The notes beneath the pieces were generated by a model, which made no database searches, was not told the origin of the DNA, and was given only the letters and a program-made list of their open reading frames with translations. 64,000 bases of DNA, taken from positions 168,516,001-168,580,000 of the forward strand of contig NC_042998.1 of the NCBI RefSeq assembly GCF_006345805.1, in the 5' to 3' direction. Positions 1 to 12,023 of this stretch are shown here, in pieces (position 1 is the first letter of the stretch; each line of letters starts with the position of its first letter). Made by a program: the position numbers and the translations under genes. The stretch comes from Octopus sinensis. Its lineage: Eukaryota.

Positions 1-987
1 TTTCCTAGTTGAATGTTGGCTTGAATGTTTTGTATTTCAGAAATACAGCCAGTTGTGAGAGAAGAAAATGTAAAAACAGCCCCAATGTCTTCTGCTATAT
101 TTGTGGATGTTACACCTTACCTAGGCAGCGAAACAAAATCACAGATTTGGTAAAGAAAGATTACCATATTTTAGCATGAAACTGGATGATGAAACAATGC
201 CTGGGCTCTCCGTATAGTGTGCAAAACTTGTGTTGAAACACTGAGACAGTGACTGCTTCAAATACTAATGCAGAAAGTTTCCAGAATTGTCTTGTGGGAA
301 AATTAAGGTTGGTGTCTTTGAAAAGCCACATGGCTATTGCATGACGAGGTATTTTTGGTGACCATGTGTGGTATTCAAATAGAAGCATGGAATGCTTTTG
401 CTGCAGTTGTATCTGATTTTCTGGGTAACAGGAAACCACCCAATTATGAAAAGCTTGTGCAGACCATATTAACCAGTATTCGAGCACTGGGCCGCAATAT
501 GTGTGTAAATGTGCAGTTCCTGCACAGTCATCTGGACTACTTCATTGAAAACTACTTCCTGGATGAGCAAGAAAGACACCACCAAGATATCGAGAACATG
601 GAGACAAGGTGTCAAGGCAGGTGGAACACCAATATGATGCTGTCTACTGCAAACACTGCATAGGGACAGTCATAATGTAATTTATTCACGTAAAGCAGCA
701 AGGCGAAAGTTCATTCCTTGAGTAGTTCAAACTCTATCACAAGATGTGTAATTAAACATTTTGCGTAATATATTTGTTAAATAATAAAATGTACTACTTA
801 TTCTAGTATTGCATTTAATGGCAAAATTGACATTTTTTAATAAAAAAAAATGAATTACTGTTTAACAAAAAACTTGACATGATAGAAAATTTCTGAGGGC
901 ATTTCAGAACCCAGCACCGTCAAATTAGGTAGGATTAATTAAAAAAAGCAAGACAACTAAAATGTTTTTCAAAAAGGTTCCCCAGTG
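1..987 (+). mobile_element. 3' part of a decayed DNA transposon, Chapaev3-like (CMC superfamily) transposase remnant with right terminus
   Basis: ORF 337-663 has FLHSHLDYF...DEQERHHQDIENMETRCQGRWNTNM, resembling the FLHSHLDFFP..DEQGERFHQDI..ME.RYQG.W C-terminus of this transposase group as I recall it. The element ends in CCCAGTG at 981-987 (CAC...GTG-type end). Family name is from memory. Confidence 0.6.
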
Positions 988-1124
988 TAAATCTTTCTTG
1001 ACTTTTATTCACATTTTGCCTACTAATCATGAACATTACGATTATTACGTAATTTACGCAATTCCGACATTCCAGAAACAGTTGTCGAGATAATAAATTA
1101 TGCATTCACTCCTTAGTATTCTGT

Positions 1125-1147
1125 ACATACACACACACATATACATA

Positions 1148-1185
<38 letters not shown>

Positions 1186-2700
1186 CACACATACATACAC
1201 ACATACATATATACACACACGCATACACACATACATACATGCACACACACATACATACACACACATATACGCACATACACATATACATACACACATGCAT
1301 ACACACACATACATACGCACATGCATGCATACATACATACATACACACACACATACCCACATACACGCATGCATAATACATACATACATACACGCATGCA
1401 CACATACATACATACACACACACATACATACATACACATACACACACTTACACACATACACACATACATACATACATACACACATACACACACACATACA
1501 TACATACACACATACACACACACATACATACATACACACATACATACACGCACGCACACATACACACATACTTACATACACTCATACGGACATACATACA
1601 CAGACATACACACATACACACTCACACATACATACATACATACATACATACACACACATACCTACATACACACTCGCATGCACACGCTCACACATGCATG
1701 CGCGCGCGCACGCACACATACATACATGCATGCACGCATGCCTGTGGGATTTTGATTTTATTTCGGGCGTACGTCAGAGCGTGTGCGTGTGTACCTGTGG
1801 ATTCGCATGCGCCCGCACCGCAAGAATCTTTTCCATCAATCTTTCAGTGTCCTTTCATGCATATATATACACACATATAAACATATAAACACACATATAA
1901 ACCCCTACAATTGTACACACACGCACATACATACAAACATTCACTCCCACGCACGTACACACACACATTTACATATATATACAATACACGCACACACACA
2001 TACACACGTACAAACACACACTAATTCACATACACACCGACACATATACATACACACAACATATACCTCCACGCGCACGCACACGTACACATACGTACAC
2101 ACATATAAGCACAGACACACACATACATACGCACACCAAAACATGCGCACACATACGCACGCACACGCGCAAAAAACCCACAACCCCACGGATACACGCA
2201 TATACATCCATTTACGCTTACACACACACACACATACAAACGCACACATACACGCACATACATACGCACGCACACGCACACACACACAAATGAACCCACC
2301 CATACATCCCATACGTCACACAACCATACATACACGCACACACATACATACACGCACACACATACATACACGCACACACATACATACACGCACACAATTA
2401 TACATACGTATATATACACACACACGCACGTACAAGCACACATGCACACATACACTAAGTTAAGCACAGTTACTCGCCATACACACAAAAAACGCACACG
2501 TACACACACACATACTACAACAAAACACACACACGATACATATACACGCACACAAACATACCTCCCTGTTTCTGACCTGCCTTTCTGACTTGCTAGGGTA
2601 CCTCCACACCACTCCTTAATTCTACTACTGCCTGCTACAAGCCATTGTCCACCATACACACACACACACGCACACACTCACTCACACACACTTGTCATCT
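1125..2700. repeat. Long degenerate (CA/TA/CATA)n compound microsatellite field
   Basis: About 1.6 kb of mostly alternating purine/pyrimidine ACAC/ATAC/GCAC units; source of the H/T/Y and V/C/M ORFs. Confidence 0.95.
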
Positions 2701-2789
2701 CGCACACTTTTTTTACCATTCCTTCTTTGATATAACTCTCTTGTTTTTAAAAATATTTTCCTCCATTTTTACTACTTTCGCCTTTTAGT

Positions 2790-2992
2790 ATGCGACCTCG
2801 TGAATACCACCGGATATTTTTTTCCCTCTGTCCTCTCGTCTCGGGATCTTTCTTTCTCCTATGTTTCCGACGAAGAGCTCCGCTCGAAACGTCAAACCGT
2901 CCTTCTTCCCTTCTTTCCTGAGCGTCCAATAATACTTTATTTGTTCCACATCCTTGCGTTGTTGTCTTTTTGTTTTCTTGTTTGGATTAACT
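2790..2992 (+). mobile_element. Short Penelope-like pLTR fragment containing a hammerhead motif, ending at (TA)n
   Basis: Pyrimidine-rich segment around a hammerhead core; its 3' end runs into the (TA)n tract starting at ~2993. Confidence 0.65.
2863..2897 (+). ncRNA. Minimal type I hammerhead ribozyme motif
   Basis: GTTT-CCGACGA-A-GAGC(TCC)GCTC-GAAA-CGTC^-AAAC. Stem I GTTT/AAAC, stem II GAGC/GCTC, palindromic ACGT stem III, GUC cleavage triplet. Confidence 0.75.
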
Positions 2993-2998
2993 TTATAT

Positions 2999-3030
<32 letters not shown>

Positions 3031-3040
3031 CATACATACA

Positions 3041-3082
<42 letters not shown>

Positions 3083-3701
3083 TACTTGTAGATAGATATT
3101 TTATATATATATATATATATAAATATGTTTTATATATGCTTGTGCGTATATGTTATATATATATATAATATATATATATATATGAATATGCTTCTACATA
3201 TGTGTTTATCATATGAATATATTTAGTTCTATTTATCTGTAAATATTTCTCTCTATATGTAAGAAAAAAATAAGTTCAAAAAGAACAATTCAAACTCTTT
3301 GAGAGATCCAAAAAGAGAGAAAAAAAGTGAGAAAATATGATTTCTAATAAAGATTCATCATATTCATAAAAATTAGCCAGAGCAAGTAATAAGAATATGC
3401 GTTTATATGTATATATATATATTTGTGTATTCATATATACCAAGCCTAATTGTGTTTATCACAATCACTAACTTCATATCAGCCCACCTGGATTTCTCGT
3501 ATTGTCACTCTTTACTCTGAAGACCTAGTCTTCAATAAAGAATTAGTTCCAATGATTTGAGCACTATTACGAGTTTTTTGTATATTGAGCATCTCTAATT
3601 ATTTATATAATTCAAAAGATTTGACTTATAGCAAACTTTTATGCATATGTTTTTGTATGTAATTATATTTGAACATATATATTTTTATTGTAACGCAGAT
3701 A

Positions 3702-3904
3702 CAGTAATCCCTCGCCATATCAAGGTTTATTAAGATTTCGCTGATTCCTCTGAGGTGTTGTTTTGCCTTTATAATAAAATAAATACATACAAATTATAAA
3801 AATAATTATAAAAATAATTAATATACAGTACTGTTTCTTCGCGGATTTTCACCTATTGCAGGGGCTTTTGGTATGCAACACACGCGATAGTCGAGAGATT
3901 ACTG
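3702..3904. mobile_element. Tc1/mariner-superfamily (Tigger/pogo-type) MITE
   Basis: TIRs CAGTAATCCCTCG / CGAGAGATTACTG flanked by TA on both sides. Confidence 0.8.
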
Positions 3905-4099
3905 TACATATATAAAGTTGATTTTTTCCAGTTTAGTACGATGTGTGAGATTTTTGAGACTGTGTTTATTGATAATTTTGTGACATAAGAAAATATTATC
4001 TTTACGTTTTACTAATATTTTCTTGTAATTTTAAATTCATATGGAACATACAAAATAAAGTAATGTTAACAGAAATATGTTTTGTTCAGCCAGAACTCT

Positions 4100-4900
4100 G
4101 TGCAAGATAGTTCTTAAGCGTTCGAATAAAAGGATACTTGCTTGCATGCAGCATAGAACTGATAATCAGAAAACCATGAACGTTCCAATTCGACCCCAGA
4201 AATTGTCTGGTAGTGCTTCTGAGATTTGTAGATGGTTATGGAAAAAAGTCAATGTCACCGGAAACTGCAGGCGCTTGAACTGAAATGGCGTATTCGATGG
4301 GATAATGGGAATGCGTGATATGAAAATATCTTCTCTCTTGGTACAGATAGTTAGAATTGTGGTTTCGATGACAAACAGGCATAAACATTTTGACAAGTAA
4401 GTCTTGTAACTTAGGTGAATCTTTCAGTCGCAGATTGTGATAAGGGACAGCGGTGCGCTGATAAGAAGTAAGATACTTGGATAGTTGCAAGTATTTGTAT
4501 CGCCACTTACAGGATTAGCTGACTTGCATCATAAGAATTGGGTATATACCTGTTGAATGATGGTTGTCCTAATATCCTGCACAATGTTATTTTTTGTCAC
4601 TAGGATGAAAGTCACTCATGATTTCGGAAATCACTCATGACTTCCACAATTCTTTGAGAGGTTAGGATAAACTTTTAAAAGCATTTCTTCAGACGCGCTG
4701 ATGACTTTTCCACAATTTCATTTGTTTTGCCGTCTCTACTCTCAGATTCAAATGGTAGCTGATCATTATAAGCAATTAAATTTACCAAATTCCACTCGAC
4801 ATTCATTGAGAAACCTGAGAAAACATTTGCCCAATGTGCAACACTATGAGACCCAACAAGATACTTCGTGGTTAAGAAAACTAGTTTTCTAACAATATGA
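4100..4900 (-). pseudogene. Helitron RepHel (PIF1-like helicase) C-terminal remnant
   Basis: Minus-strand frames give VPYHNLRLK, RIPIIPSNTPFQFKRLQFPV and FSDYQFYAAC, matching the Helitron helicase motifs PPH.L.LK, RIPLIPSD.PF.FKR.QFPV and FSHGQLYVA. Frameshifted. Confidence 0.8.
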
Positions 4901-5149
4901 TCATGGCTTCTTAAATTACTTTATTTCATTATCAAATGAAGATAGGAACTCCATAATTATAGGTATTATTTTTGTTTCTATTCAACCCTAGGTTATCTCT
5001 GATTGAGCAGACCTATAAATCAAAGCACCCTTGCCGTGACCATCTCTGTATGATTAGTATTACGTTAACTAATTTCCTTATTAAGGACGGTGGTGTGACA
5101 TAGGATACTTGGCAGCTATTTGTTGTATACCAGTAAGCATATATATATA

Positions 5150-5290
5150 GTTGAAATGTATATAAAAACAAAAGACGAAGACAGGTGTATGAACAAGTAA
5201 GTGCATTAGAAAATGAAAAAGTCTTTTACGTTTCGAGCCCACGATCTTCAACAGAAAGGAATAATAGAAAATAAATAGAGAGAATGAAAA
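5150..5290 (-). mobile_element. Short Penelope-like pLTR fragment with hammerhead motif, 3' end at a short (TA)n
   Basis: Same architecture as 2790-2992 but on the minus strand. Confidence 0.55.
5223..5258 (-). ncRNA. Degenerate minimal hammerhead motif
   Basis: Minus strand: CTTT-CTGTTGA-A-GATC(GTGG)GCTC-GAAA-CGTA^-AAAG. Stem I CTTT/AAAG is perfect; the core has A6>U and stem II has one mismatch. Confidence 0.55.
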
Positions 5291-5539
5291 AAAAAAACTT
5301 GTTGATTTCAGCGCCAAAAGAGTCTGCCAAAAAATGGTTACACACTTCAAGAAAGGAAAAATCTGTATAGTTATTTTTATTCAGTGTTATTGCAATATAT
5401 TCAGTGTTATCGCAATTTGATAAAACACCGAAAGAAGTATTTATATTAATAGTAGTTGTTATACTAGTTAAATATTTATACATATTTTTCTTTTCCTGAA
5501 GTGTGTATACATTCTTCTGGGCGGACTCTGTATGTGTTC

Positions 5540-5650
<111 letters not shown>

Positions 5651-6143
5651 CTCACTCTCTCATAACATGTTTCATATGAATTATTTTCTTCAGAAACGTA
5701 AGTAAAATACTTTCTACATCCAAAACTCATATGGTAACTGCTCAGTCGATTTGTTTAAAATAATTCAAAGTAATATGAGAATATAGGATATCTTTTCGGT
5801 ATATATTTTTTAATAATATAATTCAATTGCCTGACCGTGTTATGTATTTATGCACTCATTTAGGAAAATATTAATCAGCGAGTGTAATGCCGTGTGAAGA
5901 AAGTTACAGTTTTGTACATATGCACTGAGAATAAATTCACTTCTAAATACTAGAGTAGAAAGAATTGTCCTTATTTACGTACTATCTTAAATATTTTTCT
6001 TTATAAAATATGCTATCTTTTAAAAGTTTTATGAATTTTCTGTAATCTTGAAGCCGATACTGATTTTGGGGCGGTAATAGTCTTCGCCCATTAAAACAAA
6101 TGCATTGATCGAACTTTGTCGATGATATATATGTGTGCGTGTG

Positions 6144-6205
<62 letters not shown>

Positions 6206-7620
6206 TGTGTATGTGTGTGTATGTATGTATGTGTATGTATGTATGTATGTACGTATGTATGTGTATGTATGTATGTATGTATGTATGTAGAAAGCGCTCC
6301 GGTTGAATCCATCACATCTTTTACAGATTTACTATTTCACTTCCAGCCGGTGCAATATATACCTATATCATTGTCCATCACACCGTTCTTCAAGATTTTT
6401 CTGGGCGTCTTTACATTGCTTATCAAAAAGCAATGTCAGCTCGATAATCAAAACTATTTATTTTGTGTATGAAAAATCCATTCGTTTCGAATGATGTTCA
6501 GCTTTAGTAATAATGCTTCCATTCAATAAATCTCCCATTTTTATCCCGTCAATATATCTTCTATCTCAATATCTTCGCCACTCATAAAGTTTCCTAACCA
6601 CTACTTTTTCACTATGACTTAAGCTTAGAGTTTCCATTCATAATGTTCGATTGAAATTCCCGACTTATTTCTTCCTTGACCCTATCTTACACTTCAGAAA
6701 TTACCGCGCTCATAGCATTAGATCCCTGCGGCAGATATGAAGAACATCGCAGGTGTAAGCAATAATTCATTTTTTAATATTACCAAGATTACTTTAGACC
6801 AATCTTTTCATGCATCCCCCTCTCCACCCTTCTCTCTCTCAAGCAGACGTGCATGTGCGCACACTAATGGAAAATAACATAAAACGAACATGCACGTACA
6901 GAGAGGAATAGTTATTTATATCTATGAATGGGAGTGTAGATTTTATTTATCATTTAATCTGTTTCTACAATGGTGCAGGTGTTATAGTGTGGTTAGGAAA
7001 ATGCACATCGCAATTGTATGGTTTCCAATTCAATCGTATTAAATAATTTAACATCGAATAAACCAAAGCCTCGTAAGTTAAATTTTCGAGCAACTAGGAA
7101 TTTTGTAAAAGCTCATGAGTGCTCATACTAAACCAGAATCTGTTTCATTTAAATGAATTTTCCGACGGAGCTCAGACATTTAAAAGGGTTTTGTACCAAA
7201 TAAACAAGTTTTATTAACAGCAAATTGAGTTTTCTCTGTTTAATCTCTTGTTTGAAAGAGTTTTCTTACTGAAAAAATTACGAGTAATGTCTGCCGTGTA
7301 AAATGCAGAAATATTCGATTAAATAATTACACATTTCACGCGGCAGCCATTTTAAATTCTTGAACACTGATCATGGGTCCCTAATACAACCTGTATGAAT
7401 CCCAAGGACTCCGCGGGTTTCAGGTTCCAAATCGCTGGGTTAGCCAATGGAAATGTGTGATTGTAAATAGATGTATCTTTTATCTTTTACTTTTACCTGT
7501 TTCAGTGATTAGAGTGCAACCATGCTGGGGTAATGTCTTGAAGGGTTTTTTAAGCCAGGCACTTATTATATGGGTGTTTTTGCCGAACCGCTAAGTTACG
7601 CGGTGGCAAATACACCAACA

Positions 7621-7719
7621 AAGTCGACCTCGGCGGAATTTGAACTCAGAACGTAACGGCAGACGAAATACGGCTACGCATTTCGCCCGGCGTGCTGACG
7701 TTTCTGCCAGATCGCCGCC
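7621..7719 (-). mobile_element. Octopus OK-type tRNA-derived SINE, head only
   Basis: Reverse complement of GGCGGCGATCTGGCAGAAACG...GAGTTCAAATTCCGCCGAGGTCGAC, with Pol III A/B-box-like motifs. Confidence 0.85.
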
Positions 7720-7743
7720 TTACCACACAACCAGACCAGAATA

Positions 7744-7974
7744 TATTTCTTTACTACCCACAAGGGGCTAAACATAAAGGGGACAGACAAAGACAGACAA
7801 AGGGATTACGTCGATTACATCGACCCCAGTACGAAACTGGTACTTAATTTATCGACCCCGAAAGGATGAAAGGCAAAGTCGACCTCGGCGGAATTTGAAC
7901 TCAGAACGTAACGGCAGACAAAATACGGCTACGCATTTCACCCGGCGTGCTAACGTTTCTGCCAGATCGCCGCC
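7744..7974 (-). mobile_element. OK-type SINE, full length
   Basis: Complete head, body and AAAGAAATA tail; flanked by 21-bp direct repeats at 7723-7743 and 7978-7998. Confidence 0.9.
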
Positions 7975-8598
7975 TTACCTCACAACCAGACCAGTATATT
8001 CAGCTCTCCATTTGATTACTTTTATACGTATCGTACTCCTCTTATGCTTAGGATAGTTATGCAATAATGTTTAAAGCATGTCCTGATTTGTTTGGTTTTC
8101 ATTTACATTTCAAGATGTAGTTTGTCTGACCAAAGTATTTTTTTCAGTCTATTTATTCATTCGTTGTTTTCATTTCTATAAATATTAAAAAAAAAGCAAC
8201 CAAACAGTGTTTTCCATCTTGTTTATTATTTCCTTTTATTATTCTCAAAGACAGCGTTATAGGAATAAACAAATATGTAACGTTCTTATTTGCATCCATA
8301 TTGAATTAGTGGTCTGCACATTGTAACATTGGACAATTAAAGTATTTCTCTTTTTTTTTATTTTATTGTAAAAATGTTACGTTGTGTTGAAATAAAGAAA
8401 TAAAGGTTTCTAGCTTCATAAAAACCAACAGAAAAACAAATGAAAAAAAAAAAAAGAGCAAAATAAAACAAAGAAAAACTATGTTTCTGAGTTTTCTGGG
8501 AAAAGAACAAAGACAAATACACAGGATTCCACAAACATGTTACGCTTAACTAGAAATTATAAACAACCAAAACAGCAACTAATGCAATACAACAACAA

Positions 8599-8656
<58 letters not shown>

Positions 8657-8897
8657 GCTACTATTATAACTCGACTAAAGAATATAACACTGCAGAAAAT
8701 TGTAAAGGCTTCAAAAGAAAATTTAAAATTAACTTTTAATGGAGCATTTAATTAAATAATGACTTCTCATTAGATACAGTTCGTCAAATGCCTTGCCAAC
8801 AGGATATTGTGCGTTATCCATATACCTAAATATTATATGACTGGTATATATTTTACTGTATATCATTCAACTCTTTATGAAATCCGTAGCTTTTTAC

Positions 8898-8997
8898 TTT
8901 TCTCGCAAATATTTTTTTCTCGCAAATATTTTTTTCTCGCAAATATTTTTTTCTCGCAAATATTTTTTTCTCGCAAATATTTTTTTCTCGCAAATAT
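8898..8997. repeat. Perfect 17-bp minisatellite, ~6 copies
   Basis: The CTCGCAAATATTTTTTT unit starts at 8902, 8919, 8936, 8953, 8970 and 8987. Confidence 0.95.
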
Positions 8998-9066
8998 GTC
9001 AGTTCTTTGCTACAGGTGATGGTGCATGACCAGTCTAAACGACTTCATTATTAGTACTTACATAAA

Positions 9067-9478
9067 GGCGGCGATCTGGCAGAAACGTTAGCACGCCGGG
9101 TGAAATGCGTAGCCGTATTTCGTCTGTCGTTACGTTCTGAGTTCAAATTCCGCCGAGGTCGACTTTGCCTTTCAACCTTTCGGGGTCGATAAATTAAGTA
9201 CCAATTACGCACTGGGGTCGATATAGTAGACTTAATCCGTTTGTCTGTCCTTGTTTGTCCTCTCTATGTTTAGCCCCTTGTGGGTAGTAAAGAAATAGGT
9301 ATTTCGTCTGCCGTTACGTTCTGAGTTCAAATTCCACTGAGGTCGAACTTGCCTTTCAATCTTTCGGGGTCGATAAATTAAGTACCAGTTACGCACTGGT
9401 GTCGATGTAATCGACTTAATCCGTTTGTCTGTCCCTGTTTGTCCCCTCTATGTTTAGCCCCCTATGGGCAATAAAGAA
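9067..9478 (+). mobile_element. OK-type SINE followed head-to-tail by a 5'-truncated second unit
   Basis: Full unit 9067-9297, then a restart at GGTATTTCGTCTGCCG running to ~9478. Confidence 0.9.
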
Positions 9479-9802
9479 AGAAAAATCGTTAGCACATCGA
9501 GCATGACGCTTAGCGGCGTTTCATGTTGTTGTTTAGCCCGAAGTTAGCATCCACGTCATCGGCGTTAATACGACGTCATTACGAGATTTCTCCAAAGTTA
9601 AAAAGACAAAATTTCCCCCAAAATAATGATTTATTACATTGGCAGGACTTGAGTAGCATTATTTCACCCACAATGAACACACAATGCAAAGGAATGAAAT
9701 CAGTATGAAATTAGCATGATAAAGGATTCTGTCCACCGGTTTTTCTAAATTTTCTTCACTGTGCTTAGACGTTCCTCTTTATGGTATGAATTCAAGTACT
9801 AC

Positions 9803-10034
9803 AAGGCGGTGAGCTGGCAGAAACGCTAGCACTTCGGGCGAAATGCGTAGCCGTATTTCGTCTGCCGTTTCGTTCTGAGTTCAAATTCCGCCGAGGTCGA
9901 CTTTGCCTTTCATCCTTCGGGGTCGATTAAATAAGTACCAGTTACGCACTGGGTTCGATGTAATCGGCTTAATCCGTTTGTCTGTCTTTGTTTGTCCTCT
10001 CTGTGTTTAGCCCCTTGTGGGTAGTAAAGAAATA
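9803..10034 (+). mobile_element. OK-type SINE with 20-bp target-site duplication
   Basis: Flanked by GGTATGAATTCAAGTACTAC (9783-9802) and GGTATGAATTCAAATACAAC (10035-10054), 18/20 identical. Confidence 0.9.
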
Positions 10035-10469
10035 GGTATGAATTCAAATACAACTAGTGTTAACTGATGGTTTGGTATATTCGACCATAACTTCTCTAAA
10101 ATTTAAACATTCCCAGACCTTTATTTTTATTGCGCACTTCCATCGCCAAACGAAGTGTAATTCTATATGCTTTGTGCATTTGCAGTATTTTCTTATGTAT
10201 TGGCATTTTTCGGCTGCTCTGAAAGTACGCAACATAACACGTGTGCTATTTTCTGTATTTTGTGCATGGGTTTTGTTTAAGTATTTGTCCGTATCTTTTT
10301 TTCTCTAATTCACAGAGTCAATTAGTATGGAAATTGTTTCCAATCTAATGATATCCATTTATTTCTTTTAATTTTTGCATGTGACCAATAAAATAGAACA
10401 TTAATTCACAGGCAAACATACGTAAATATATAGATATAATAAATCGAAATCGAAATTGAACCAATCCTA

Positions 10470-10695
10470 TGACTGGCACCCGGCAGATGCCAGGACCCCT
10501 GGACTGGAGATACGTAAAAAGCACTATCCGAATCGTGGCCGATGCCAGCGCCGCCTCGACTGGCTTCCGTGTCGGTGGCACGTAAAAAGCACCATCCGAA
10601 TCGTGGCCGAAGCCAGTGCCGCCTCGACTGGCTTCCCAGATCTCCGGTCGAACCGTCCAACCCATGCTAGCATGGAGAACGGACGATGATGATTA
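10470..10695 (+). mobile_element. Retroposon 3' end (RTE-type tail) with an internal 68-bp tandem repeat
   Basis: Two copies of ACGTAAAAAGCAC..CCGAATCGTGGCCGA...GACTGGCTTCC (10512, 10580), then AACCCATGCTAGCATGGA...(GAT)n. RTE assignment is from memory. Confidence 0.55.
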
Positions 10696-10779
10696 TGATA
10701 TATATATATATATATATATATCAAGAAATCCGGAATGTTCCCAATGGTTCAGATGTAGATAGGTGAACAGGATGTGATT

Positions 10780-12023
10780 AAAAAGTGAAAATTATAGGCT
10801 AACTGTGAAGGAGTGACACTAGAGCTGTGAAATCTTGCATGCATTTATTCCAGCTCTCTTATTACTTACTCTATTGCTTCTTGTCAGGCAAACAGACATC
10901 TGGCTGATAAAAAGAACATTTCAAATGTAACTAGTAGTCACTTCTCTTCAAAATGGACACAACGTGGCATTGTGGTGGTGTCAAGAACTTGCAGCAAAAG
11001 GTTTAGCGCCCAAGAACATACACGCTGACACAGATGCTACATTAGAGGATAACGCTCCAGGTTTATCCATTGTGCCGTTGAATTTAAGAGAGGAAGGGAG
11101 AGTCTTGAAGATGACCCAAAGTCTGGACATCCTGCAGCTGTCATCTCCGAGGAAAACATTGAGGTATACAGCATATGGTGATGGATGACAGGCGATTGAC
11201 TATAAATAATCAAATAGCCAATTCCATTAGGATAACCTGTGAGAGAGTGGAGAATATTCTGCACAATGAACTTAACATCACAATGGTTTCTGTTCGGTTG
11301 GTGCCACGTCTTCTGACATCCATCAAAAGCACACATCACGGGAAAATCTGACATTGTTTGAAGCAGACCCAGTTGGTTTCCTCGAATGTTTCTTAACCCA
11401 GGGTGAGTATTGGTTTCATCACTTTGAGCCAGAAACAATTCAGGCAATGGAACACTCCTCCTCACCTGCTTTCAAGAAGACAAAGGTTGTTTCATCAGCA
11501 GCAATGATGCGGGCCTCTGGGTTTTAAGATGCAAAAGGCATTGTGTTTATTGACTACCTTAAAAAGGGCCACACCTTCAATGGAGAGTATTATGCCAACT
11601 TGCTAAGACAATTACGAAAGGCTATCAAGACCAAACGTCCAGGAAAACTGACGAAAGGAGTCTTGTTTTATCAGAACAGTGCCCCAGCACACAAGTCCTT
11701 GATTTCAAAAGTTGCTGTGCGTGACTGTGGCTTTGAACTGGTTGATTACCGTCCTTATTCTCCTGATTTGGTCCCATGTGACTATCATCTGTTCTCCAAG
11801 ATGAAAAAAAGCATTTGGCTTGGAACCGACGCCATATCTGCAGTTGATGACTTTTTTGAGTAACAAGATGAAAGTTTCTTTAGGAATGGGATCCAAGCAC
11901 TGCAACGCTGATGGAAGAAGTTTGTGGACCACAAGGGGGTCTATGTTGAAAAATAAACCTCATTTGGTTACATTGCATGAGAATATCTTGATCAGCCTAT
12001 AAACATTTCAGCCGGCCCTCGTA
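10780..12023 (+). mobile_element. Decayed near-full-length mariner transposon
   Basis: Frameshifted transposase with FLTQGEYW (TGDE-like), VLFYQNSAPAH and YSPDLVPCDYHLF. The right TIR ends ...CAGCCGGCCCTCGTA; the left TIR is degenerate. Confidence 0.85.

Noticed and set aside
1054-2677. Many overlapping 60-260 aa ORFs rich in H/T/Y or V/C/M (likewise at 25-28 kb, 31-33 kb, 37 kb, 47 kb and 55 kb)
   Set aside because: They are translations of stop-free microsatellites, open in several frames on both strands, with no sign of real coding.
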